DNA of 64,000 bases from Lishizhenia tianjinensis (GTDB lineage Bacteria; Bacteroidota; Bacteroidia; Flavobacteriales_D; Crocinitomicaceae). Every line of letters starts with the position of its first letter. The first letter of the stretch is position 1. A program made the translations under genes and the position numbers. Under the pieces are notes generated by a model. The model ran no database searches. It was given only the letters and a program-made list of their open reading frames with translations, and was not told the origin of the DNA. The stretch covers positions 978,767-1,042,766 of the forward strand of contig NZ_FPAS01000001.1 in assembly GCF_900116425.1 (NCBI RefSeq), written 5' to 3'. Below, piece by piece: positions 56,742 through 64,000 of this stretch.

Positions 56742-56814
56742 GATTCCGTAGCTCAGCTGGTAGAGCAATACACTTTTAATGTATGGGTCCAGGGTTCGAA
56801 TCCCTGCGGGATCA
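56742..56814 (+). tRNA. tRNA-Lys (anticodon UUU); CCA not encoded
   Basis: Acceptor stem GATTCCG/CGGGATC with one G-U pair. D-arm GCTC AGCTGGTA GAGC. Anticodon stem ATACA/TGTAT with loop CTTTTAA. T-arm CAGGG TTCGAAT CCCTG. Discriminator A. Confidence 0.9.
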
Positions 56815-56819
56815 CAAAA

Positions 56820-56846
56820 GAAAGCCTTTCACGATAGTGAGAGGCT
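56820..56846 (+). terminator. Hairpin terminator after tRNA-Lys
   Basis: 'aagcctttcacgatagtgagaggcttttttatttt'. Confidence 0.55.
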
Positions 56847-56971
56847 TTTTTATTTTATGACGTTTTGAAACCTGTTCAAATAAATTGGAAAATAAAAAAG
56901 TCAATAGCAGTGACAACTGCTCAAAGGCTTTTATGCTTGGGTAATAAATCCTAATTAAGAATCATGACAAT

Positions 56972-56990
56972 AATCCCTGCGGGATCACAA
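56972..56990 (+). repeat. 19-bp direct repeat of the tRNA-Lys 3' end (att-like scar)
   Basis: 'aatccctgcgggatcacaa' is identical to 56796-56814 and lies 157 bp downstream. It is again followed by its own hairpin. Confidence 0.7.
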
Positions 56991-56991
56991 G

Positions 56992-57021
56992 AAGGCTTCC
57001 AATTTGGAAGCCTTTTTTTTT
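56992..57021 (+). terminator. Hairpin terminator following the duplicated tRNA 3' end
   Basis: 'aggcttccaatttggaagcct' is followed by a T9 run. Confidence 0.55.
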
Positions 57022-57487
57022 GGCCTAATAAATTAAGCGCAAAAAAAAGAGTTTGGAGTGTGAGTAGGGAGTATTGAGGATTTTCATTGAACATAAATTT
57101 AAACGACCCTACCACTTTCCTTTAGGAGAATTGAATTATCCTTAGCTTAAAAAGTACGGATTTGATCTTTTAAGTACACCATCACTATCAACGGCTACTA
57201 TAACCAAGAACAAAATCTGCTACTGATAGCAGCGGTTAGCTAGCCAATAGCTAAATTTAGTTGTTGCGCAAAGAAAGTACGACCAGCGGAAGTGCTTGAT
57301 GAGCTTGCTACAACTTTATTTAGATTTTGACTACTAGTAGCGGATAGCAGGACCATCCAAGTCGCTTGGAAGGGAGCAGCAAAAGAACAGTTTTGAGAAT
57401 GAGTATTGAGTAGTGAAAACACTTTTCTCTTCAGCTATCTTGTTATCTTAGTTCAAAGCTTTAATTTGGCCCTGAAATTTATATCTG

Positions 57488-58453
57488 ATGTTTAAAATTG
57501 ATCGTTTTGTTTTTGCCATATTGATCACCATTTCATTGGCTTACCTTTTTCCCTTTTGGGGAAGCAAATCTAGCCCCCTACCCTTGGATACAATTTCGAG
57601 CATAGGTATAGCACTCATTTTCTTCTTTTATGGTTTAAAATTGAGTCCGGAAAAATTAAAAAGTGATTTGACCAACTGGAAATTACACCTCCTCATTCAA
57701 TTGGTCACCTTCCTACTCTTCCCTTTGTTCGTTTTAGCATTTCACCCTTTTTCAGAAACCACAAGTGAAACTTCCTTTTGGCTACCTTTTTTCTTTTTGG
57801 CCGCTTTGCCTTCTACCGTTTCCTCTTCGGTGGTAATGGTATCCATGGCGAAGGGAAATGTGCCCGCAGCTATATTTAACGCAAGTATTTCAGGTTTGAT
57901 AGGAATTGTTATCACCCCCTTATGGATGGGATTTTTCCTTTCGAAAGGAAGCTCAGATTTTGAACTTGGAGATATCTACATCAAGCTCTTGAAGGAAATT
58001 TTACTTCCAGTAATATTGGGTGTATTCATGCACAGGTTTTGGGGACAATTCGCACTAAAACACACAAAAAAACTAGCTACTTTTGACAAATCCGTCATCC
58101 TACTTATCATTTACAAAAGTTATTCAGACTCCTTTCAAGAAAAGGTTTTCAGCACGGTAAAAATTCTTGATTTAATCTTTGTAGCTTTAGGAGTACTAGC
58201 CCTTTTTTATGGTGTATATTTTATATCCGGCTTTCTCTCCAAAAAACTTAACTTCTCACAAGAGGATAAAATTACCGCTCAGTTTTGTGCCTCTAAAAAA
58301 TCATTAGTACACGGTACTATTTTTTCAAAAATCCTATTTCCAAGTACTTACGCCATGGGCATAGTTTTACTTCCAATTATGCTTTACCACGCCTTTCAAC
58401 TTTTCATTATTAGCATAATCGCAACACGTTTAGGAAAAGAAAACAAAAGTTGA
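57488..58453 (+). CDS. Bile acid:sodium symporter (BASS/SBF) family transporter
   Basis: 321 aa, about 9-10 TM. 'FFFYGLKLSPEKLKSDL' and 'LPSTVSSSVVMVSMAKGNVPAAIF' are typical of BASS/YfeH-like proteins. Confidence 0.55.
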   Translation: MFKIDRFVFAILITISLAYLFPFWGSKSSPLPLDTISSIGIALIFFFYGLKLSPEKLKSDLTNWKLHLLIQLVTFLLFPLFVLAFHPFSETTSETSFWLPFFFLAALPSTVSSSVVMVSMAKGNVPAAIFNASISGLIGIVITPLWMGFFLSKGSSDFELGDIYIKLLKEILLPVILGVFMHRFWGQFALKHTKKLATFDKSVILLIIYKSYSDSFQEKVFSTVKILDLIFVALGVLALFYGVYFISGFLSKKLNFSQEDKITAQFCASKKSLVHGTIFSKILFPSTYAMGIVLLPIMLYHAFQLFIISIIATRLGKENKS

Positions 58454-58472
58454 TTTTTACTATCTTCACCCC

Positions 58473-59252
58473 ATGAATTCTTTAGATATAAGAACGGTTG
58501 ATGTGGTACAATACATCGCTCCTTTGCGCGAAGGAGGATCTATGCCAGGTTTGGTTAGAGCCGATGACGACTTTTTATACGTCTTAAAATTTACGGGAGC
58601 TGGTCAGGGTAAAAAAGCTTTGATTGCCGAATTAATTGGTGGTGAACTAGCCCGTTTATTAGGACTAAAAGTACCCGAACTTGTATTTATGAATTTGGAA
58701 GACACCTTTAGTCAAACCGAACCCGACGAAGAAATACAGGATTTACTAAAATTTAGTGTAGGACTGAACCTAGGTTTACATTTCTTATCCGGAGCCATCA
58801 CATACGACCCACTTGTTTCTGAGATAGATTCACCTACAGCCTCAAAAATTGTATTGCTAGACAGTTTGATGAGCAACATAGACAGAACTGCCAAAAACAC
58901 CAATTTATTGGAGTGGAAAAATGAATTGTGGGTGATAGATAATGGCGCGAGTTTTTACTTCCATCACAATTGGGATACCTGGGAGAATCATTTAACACGC
59001 ACCTTCCCATTAATAAAGGATCATGTTCTTTTGGCCAAAGCCAAGCACTTGGAGGATGCGGCGCAAATGATAGGTGAAAAATTCACCCCAGAAGCGTTAG
59101 AAAACATCATTGCATCCATTCCAGAATACTGGTTAGAAGACGATGCCGTTGCACTTTCACCCGACGAAATGAGAGCTGCCTATCTTAAGTATTTAAACGC
59201 GAAATTAGGAATGTTAGACCAACTCGTTAAAGAAGCAAAAGATGCAAAGTAA
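58473..59252 (+). CDS. HipA-like / PI3-4-kinase-like small kinase (partner of DUF3037)
   Basis: 'SNIDRTAKNTNLLEW' is an HxDR..N catalytic-loop analogue. 'WVIDNGASF' is a DFG-like motif. 11-bp overlap with the DUF3037 gene. Confidence 0.45.
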   Translation: MNSLDIRTVDVVQYIAPLREGGSMPGLVRADDDFLYVLKFTGAGQGKKALIAELIGGELARLLGLKVPELVFMNLEDTFSQTEPDEEIQDLLKFSVGLNLGLHFLSGAITYDPLVSEIDSPTASKIVLLDSLMSNIDRTAKNTNLLEWKNELWVIDNGASFYFHHNWDTWENHLTRTFPLIKDHVLLAKAKHLEDAAQMIGEKFTPEALENIIASIPEYWLEDDAVALSPDEMRAAYLKYLNAKLGMLDQLVKEAKDAK

Positions 59253-59625
59253 AGAGAAGTTTGAATACGCCATTATACGCTTAGTTCCTAGAGTAGAACG
59301 AGAAGAGTTTTTCAATATTGGAGTTCTCTTGTTTTGCAAACGCAAGAAATTCTTAAAAATGAAGGTTCATGTGGATGCTCGAAAAATAGCTTGTTTCAAC
59401 ACCCCAGTAGATTGCGAAAAAGTTAAAAGTTATTTGGAGGGCTGGCAAAAAGTATGTGAAGGTGGCAGATCAGGTGGAAGAATTGGAGAAATGGAACTGA
59501 CCGATAGATTTAGATGGTTGGCTGCTTCGAGAAGTTCTATCATTCAAACCTCTATGATGCACACGGGCCTCACCCAAGACCCTGAGAAAACATTGGATTT
59601 ACTTTTTGAAGAAACAGTACTATAA
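59242..59625 (+). CDS. DUF3037 domain protein
   Basis: 'FEYAIIRLVPRVEREEFFNIGVLLF' matches the DUF3037 N-terminal signature as I recall it. Confidence 0.5.
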   Translation: MQSKEKFEYAIIRLVPRVEREEFFNIGVLLFCKRKKFLKMKVHVDARKIACFNTPVDCEKVKSYLEGWQKVCEGGRSGGRIGEMELTDRFRWLAASRSSIIQTSMMHTGLTQDPEKTLDLLFEETVL

Positions 59626-59784
59626 TTAGACTAAAATTGATCATAAGCTGTTCATTTCCGAACAATCCATGTTCGATTATGCACGGTTCTTCGTCACCAC
59701 ATTTTACACTACCCCACAGCTACAAAGGGCTGTAGGATTTTGGCATAACTCTTATTGGATATTCAACAATCAAAAACAAGAGTT

Positions 59785-60141
59785 ATGAAAAATTTAGTCG
59801 TACTCCCACTGGTTTGTGTAATCATCAGTTTTAGCGCATTTAGCGCGGGAGATCCATCAGCAGAAACCTGTGTAAACACCACAGAAGTAATTAAGAATTG
59901 GGTAGAGGAAATATTGGAATACCCAACCCTGGCTATAGAAAGAAGACAGGAAGGGACCGTTCAAATTTCCTTTACCATAAAAGATGGAAAAATTAATGCT
60001 TGGGTAAGTGAAGGCGTATGTAAGCTGTTAGACAACGCCGCTTTGGAGGCAGTGAACAACACGCCACTCAACCAATTGATCTTGTGTTCGGATCAGGAAG
60101 GGGAACAATTTACTTTACCGGTGAAGTTTAGGTTAATTTAA
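59785..60141 (+). CDS. Small TonB C-terminal-domain protein
   Basis: The ATG at 59785 gives the signal/TM 'MKNLVVLPLVCVIISFSAFSA'. 'EGTVQISFTIKDGKINAWVSEGVCKLLDNAALEAV' is TonB_C. Confidence 0.55.
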   Translation: MKNLVVLPLVCVIISFSAFSAGDPSAETCVNTTEVIKNWVEEILEYPTLAIERRQEGTVQISFTIKDGKINAWVSEGVCKLLDNAALEAVNNTPLNQLILCSDQEGEQFTLPVKFRLI

Positions 60142-60238
60142 AGAGTTATGAGAGTTGAGTGATAAAGACAATTGACGGGAGGGTTGGTTGTCTTTTTTTT
60201 GTTGAAAATAATTTTGAAAAAATTGAAATTTCTAACAC

Positions 60239-61143
60239 CTCGCATGTTTGCCAAAATTTAGGTAAGTAGACACTCAAACAAGCGCCTAAACTTATCTTTA
60301 TTTCGATAATTATAATTAAAAGAAAACTCAAACATATACTTCTGGATATGCAGAAAACTCACACCATGATGCACTCCGTTGAGTATCCGATTTGAATTCA
60401 TGAGCAAAGTATCCATCCAGTTTTTAACACTGGATTTAACTGGACTCATTGGGTCTTTCAATTCAATCGCTTCCTGAACTCCTAATATCTTTAAACATCG
60501 GTAACCAGATTGCTTTAAATTATTTTCTTTCGCAAACACACTAACCTGTAATTCAACTGGAGCAATCAAACTTATCTCATCATTACCTTTTTTGACAGAT
60601 CTACAAATTGCGGATATAGATTGATTTTTCAAGCCTGTAATATTCTTTTCCGAATCTTTATTCGCAGCATAAATATATAAGTATTGAAAATAATCTTTAG
60701 CATTCAAATCCTTGCCCATCGCTGTTCTAATTTTCATCATTAAATACCAAACAGTTCTTTCCCTTTTAATACCCAAAACCCTTGATAATTCAGCGCAAGA
60801 ATAAGATTTATTAATATGTGTCATTAAAAAAATAGCCTTAAACCAAATTGAATATTTCAGCTTAGTTGATTCTAACATTGTTCCACTTTTTAAACTAATT
60901 TTCTTCCCACATTTACAGCGCCAATACATATGTTTACTTCTCCAATTTGTAACATTGGATTTGCAATTTGAACAGCAAATACCTCTGCGTTCTCTTTCCT
61001 TTTTTAGATATTGTACACACTTCTTTTCCGTACCGAAACGACGGATAAATTCTTCGAAATTCATGACTTATTAGATTAGGTTGAATCTTAAGTTACGAAA
61101 ACTCAGCGTCACCTAAAAATTTATTACTTGGCAAACATGCGAG
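60239..61143 (-). mobile_element. IS1595-family insertion sequence (about 905 bp) with imperfect terminal inverted repeats
   Basis: Left end 'ctcgcatgtttgccaa' (60239-60254) is the exact reverse complement of the right end 'ttggcaaacatgcgag' (61128-61143). The imperfect match extends another ~12-15 bp inward ('aatttaggt' vs 'aatttttaggt'). It encloses a single transposase ORF. No clean 8-bp target duplication was found by eye. Confidence 0.7.
60258..61064 (-). CDS. IS1595-family transposase (N-terminal zinc ribbon + ISXO2-like DDE domain)
   Basis: 'CVQYLKKERERRGICCSNCKS..YWRCKCGKKISLKSGTMLESTKLKYSIWFKAIFLM' is the Zn_Tnp_IS1595 ribbon. C-terminal 'FLHIQKYMFEFSFNYNYRN' is the ISXO2-like tail. 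Confidence 0.75.
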   Translation of the reverse strand: MNFEEFIRRFGTEKKCVQYLKKERERRGICCSNCKSNVTNWRSKHMYWRCKCGKKISLKSGTMLESTKLKYSIWFKAIFLMTHINKSYSCAELSRVLGIKRERTVWYLMMKIRTAMGKDLNAKDYFQYLYIYAANKDSEKNITGLKNQSISAICRSVKKGNDEISLIAPVELQVSVFAKENNLKQSGYRCLKILGVQEAIELKDPMSPVKSSVKNWMDTLLMNSNRILNGVHHGVSFLHIQKYMFEFSFNYNYRNKDKFRRLFECLLT

Positions 61144-61222
61144 CTATTAGGATATTATAAAGTTTTTTACGTTTTTTTTGCTTAATTTAATCCTCTCAAA
61201 ACCAATCACTAAATTCCACCTT

Positions 61223-62815
61223 ATGAAATCTTATGTATCCATCCTTTTTAGTTTTATTTCTCTTTTTGGCTTCAGCCAAGGATTAAACTATGAATACGGT
61301 CTCAACGACAATTACGATCAAAAAGCAACGGGTGTTGTAAACATTGGAAAGTATACTTATTCTACTCATCAAAATTATATTTCCAATAACTATTCCTCCC
61401 CCTCTTACCTTACCAAAACCGACACCTTAGGTCAAGTCCTTTGGACACATGAAATTGTTTACGACAACAATGAATATTTGATTATTCATGAAATAATCCC
61501 TAATGAAAATGATGGTGTCTATTTACTAATTGAAACTATGTACCATTGTGACATAGCCAATTACGCCTCTTGGGGTATTCAAAAATTTGATGCCTCCGGA
61601 AATCACCTTTGGACAAAACCGTGGATGGAAATAGATATTTTCAACGATAAATTTACTGGACTTACCCTAAATAATTCAAACAACATTTACTTGAACTTTT
61701 CTAATAATTCTAGTTCAAAAATCTATACGTTGAATACGAACGGAATTCTTATGGACAGCATAGAAGTTCCACATTTTAACTTAACTAAAATAACATCGAA
61801 TAGTAATAGTACTTTCCTAGCATCCGAACAAAACAAACTCCACAAATACTCCGCAACAGGCACACCTTTAAATGAAATGTCTTTTAACACAACGGTTACA
61901 GACTTCTTAACTGTGAATGACACAACTTACCTCATCACTACAGACAGTATTTTCTCTATTGATAATAACTTTCAGGTGATTTCCCAGAACGCTGTACAAA
62001 ACCTATCGAGTTACTCCCACCTGAAACATCATGACAACAAGCTATCTTTTATAAGTCATTCAAATACAGCTCAAAACATCATAACATTTGATCATGACCT
62101 GCAATTGCTTAACAACCTTCAAATCCCTACTGTGGTAAACATAGACGACCCTAAAGATTTTAATGAACACCATTTAAGTATTCATTCGAATTTTGAAATA
62201 ACCAACAGCAATAAAGTCATTAGGCAATTAGATTATTCCTTAAATTCTAATGTAAACAGTTCGGTGAATAGAACAGATATTGGTGTGAGCAACCTAAACA
62301 TCACGCAAATAGACATTTCGGACATACCAAACGTTGACGGCTTATACGCTGTTAAAATATACGCACAAGCATTATTAAAAAATTACGGGAATTTCCCCCT
62401 CAACTCATGCAGACTAAACCATCACCATGGACCCCACGTAGCCTGTGGAGAGATCTATTACACGCAAGAGTTTAGCAACCTAAATATATTACCCGGAGAT
62501 TCCGCATGGATAGATTTAGGATTAATTTTCAATCATCAAAGTTTTTATCAACCCAGCGTAGACTCTATCTTAAGAAACACATGTGTGTACTCAAGTCACC
62601 CAAACAACCTTACAGATTTAAACATTACCAATGATGAATATTGTAGAGAAATTACCCTAGGTTATGTCGGTATAGAGGAACCACAATTCCACAAGAAAAA
62701 AGAACTCGTTAAAGTAGTAGATATTGTAGGGCGAGAAACAAGCATCAAACCCAACATTCTCTTAATTTACATATACAGCGACGGCAGCACAGAGAAAATT
62801 TATCATACTGAATAG
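61223..62815 (+). CDS. Secreted protein with a T9SS C-terminal sorting domain
   Basis: The ORF-track start at 61178 is TTG. The ATG at 61223 gives 'MKSYVSILFSFISLFGFSQG'. C-terminal 'LVKVVDIVGRETSIKPNILLIYIYSDGSTEKIY' is a Por/T9SS type-A CTD. Confidence 0.6.
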   Translation: MKSYVSILFSFISLFGFSQGLNYEYGLNDNYDQKATGVVNIGKYTYSTHQNYISNNYSSPSYLTKTDTLGQVLWTHEIVYDNNEYLIIHEIIPNENDGVYLLIETMYHCDIANYASWGIQKFDASGNHLWTKPWMEIDIFNDKFTGLTLNNSNNIYLNFSNNSSSKIYTLNTNGILMDSIEVPHFNLTKITSNSNSTFLASEQNKLHKYSATGTPLNEMSFNTTVTDFLTVNDTTYLITTDSIFSIDNNFQVISQNAVQNLSSYSHLKHHDNKLSFISHSNTAQNIITFDHDLQLLNNLQIPTVVNIDDPKDFNEHHLSIHSNFEITNSNKVIRQLDYSLNSNVNSSVNRTDIGVSNLNITQIDISDIPNVDGLYAVKIYAQALLKNYGNFPLNSCRLNHHHGPHVACGEIYYTQEFSNLNILPGDSAWIDLGLIFNHQSFYQPSVDSILRNTCVYSSHPNNLTDLNITNDEYCREITLGYVGIEEPQFHKKKELVKVVDIVGRETSIKPNILLIYIYSDGSTEKIYHTE

Positions 62816-62917
62816 AAGTATTCTCTTCCCTACGAAGGAATTCAAAAATATCAGTTCAGCGATAAAATTTGGCGCATTCCCTACAAATCAATAACTTACT
62901 TACCAAAACAGTTCGTT

Positions 62918-63466
62918 ATGCGCCCGTATTTACCTTACGTTGTTCTTGGAGCATTGGTTGTTGGACTCTTCTTTTTGTTGAGTTCAGGTACCAACGCCAA
63001 AGTTAACCCTGATAAAGAGGGTAACTATACTTTAAAAATGAACAAGGTTTACCTCTTTGGTGGACTTATAGCGCTAATAACTTTTGTAGGAATTAATATT
63101 ATGCTCTTCCAAACAATGACGTTCAACAGTATCAATGAAGAGCATATTATTTTCTTAGTGGATTTACTCATTCTCCCCCTTGCTATCTATGCTGTAATGA
63201 GTTATTACAGACATAAAATCACCTTTAATTCTGACGAACTTACTGTATTTAAAACCAACGGACAAAGCTACACCATGGATTGGTCAGATTTAGAAGATGT
63301 TACTTACAACGCTTTTAGTGCAAAGATTTTTGTGAGCACCAAAAAACATGGGAAAATAGGCATCAACCAATACCTCATAGGGTTCAAAAGTTTTATTGAA
63401 ATGTTAGATAGTAGAACTGAAATTCAAAACGTTTCTCTTCTTAAATCTCGACTAAGAATGGATTAA
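62918..63466 (+). CDS. Hypothetical membrane protein (2-3 TM)
   Basis: ATG start. Hydrophobic segments 'VVLGALVVGLFFLL' and 'LFGGLIALITFVGINIMLF'. Confidence 0.4.
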   Translation: MRPYLPYVVLGALVVGLFFLLSSGTNAKVNPDKEGNYTLKMNKVYLFGGLIALITFVGINIMLFQTMTFNSINEEHIIFLVDLLILPLAIYAVMSYYRHKITFNSDELTVFKTNGQSYTMDWSDLEDVTYNAFSAKIFVSTKKHGKIGINQYLIGFKSFIEMLDSRTEIQNVSLLKSRLRMD

Positions 63467-64000
63467 TCACCCTCTACCCTTGGGTATACGCACACAGAAA
63501 GTCGTAAAAGGTTGCTCCTCCTTCACCCAGTGAATTTGTCCTTTATGTTTAGCTAATATCTGTTGCGCAACACTTAAACCTATTCCACTACCCTCCTCTT
63601 GAGTGGTATAAAAAGGTAAAAAGATATGCGGTAAATCTTCTTCAGAAATTCCGCCTCCATTATCCCTCATAAAAACAAGTACATCAGATTTTTGATCTTT
63701 GATTTCTATACTTAATTCTGGTTGAACAATCTCATTCCTCTCAAAAGCTTGCAAACTATTTAAAAGTAAATTCTCAAATACGTGCATGAGCTGCTTCTCA
63801 TCACCAAACAACATAATTTCATACTCAAAACCTATTTTATGCAAATCTATGTTTTCAAGGCTTTTGAGATTTAACCTTTCTAATTTCTCCAACAATACGT
63901 TCAATGAAAAATATGCTTTTTGCGGCGCTGTTATTCTCACCAACTTTCTGTATTTCTCCGTAAACTCAAGTAAATTATCGCACCTATTTTCAATAATGGT
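63467..64000 (-). CDS. Sensor histidine kinase, C-terminal (HATPase_c) part; the 5' portion is beyond the window end
   Basis: The N box 'HVFENLLLNSLQAF', G1 'RDNGGGI' and G2 'GSGIGLSVAQQI' are present. The frame stays open to position 64000. The listed M is a TTG. Confidence 0.7.
   Translation of the reverse strand, partial: TIIENRCDNLLEFTEKYRKLVRITAPQKAYFSLNVLLEKLERLNLKSLENIDLHKIGFEYEIMLFGDEKQLMHVFENLLLNSLQAFERNEIVQPELSIEIKDQKSDVLVFMRDNGGGISEEDLPHIFLPFYTTQEEGSGIGLSVAQQILAKHKGQIHWVKEEQPFTTFCVRIPKGRG

Noticed and set aside
57240-57422. 60-aa ORF in the repeat-rich noncoding stretch after tRNA-Lys
   Set aside because: It falls in a region of dyads and direct repeats. It has no plausible start context and its composition is not protein-like.
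59626-59784. Weak hairpin 'acagctacaaagggctgt' between the DUF3037 and TonB-C genes, as a possible terminator or regulatory element
   Set aside because: It has only a 5-bp stem and an 8-nt loop with no T-run, which is not convincing.
60229-61151. 8-bp target-site duplication for the IS1595 element
   Set aside because: The flanking octamers ('tttctaac'/'tctaacac' on the left, 'ctattagg'/'attaggat' on the right) do not match at any of the plausible end positions, so no TSD is claimed.

Overview
The window is a 64 kb chromosomal segment with the features of a Flavobacteriia-type Bacteroidota genome. It is AT-rich, Shine-Dalgarno sequences are not apparent, it carries a T9SS C-terminal sorting domain protein, and its gene families (HtpG, PyrR-like, M16, YfhO) fit that lineage. 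About 60 protein genes, two tRNAs and one IS element can be supported. All calls are by eye from motifs; no database searches were run.

Main blocks, in order:
- 2-4351: the 3' end of an M16 peptidase gene, tRNA-Ser(UGA) between two hairpin terminators, and a small leucine-rich-repeat plus lipoprotein cluster.
- 4859-13012: a glycan locus. A YfhO-like membrane protein and a Wzx-type flippase run convergently into a minus-strand operon encoding a NeuB-family synthase, a KdsC-type HAD phosphatase and an acylneuraminate-type cytidylyltransferase (a CMP-KDN / nonulosonate pathway), plus an uncharacterised 474-aa candidate transferase.
- 13143-17814: RNase H1 with an N-terminal hybrid-binding domain, a secreted hypothetical protein, then htpG and djlA.
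- 17940-25901: five tandem, diverged paralogues of a secreted protein of about 470 aa, separated by re-used palindromic terminator repeats.
- 25966-34974 (minus strand): the most unusual locus. A YbjN-like gene, PspA/IM30, a NfeD-like (YqiJ-type) membrane protein and a 726-aa flotillin are followed by a 1626-aa coiled-coil protein with a single AAA_5 (MoxR/dynein-type) ATPase domain. An XRE-family regulator is transcribed divergently.
- 35862-45197: housekeeping genes, including a DnaQ-exonuclease/GIY-YIG fusion, an M42 peptidase, holA, rsmE, a DUF4159 protein, a zinc-ribbon coiled-coil protein, a GreA-like protein and an RluA-family synthase.
- 45184-55258: one long minus-strand gene string holding a 1968-aa TPR giant, ApbE and TerC.
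- 55529-56547: a PyrR-like gene and aroK.
- 56742-57487: tRNA-Lys(UUU), a 19-bp duplicate of its 3' end 157 bp downstream (an integration scar), and a repeat-rich noncoding stretch.
- 57488-60141: a BASS transporter, an overlapping HipA-like kinase / DUF3037 pair, and a small TonB-C protein.
- 60239-61143: an IS1595-family element with imperfect 16-30 bp inverted repeats, inserted just upstream of a T9SS cargo gene.
- 63467-64000: the 3' part of a histidine-kinase gene running off the window.

The ORF track uses TTG/GTG starts in several places; I moved those starts to the first plausible ATG. Coordinates for tRNAs and the IS ends were recounted against the printed sequence.
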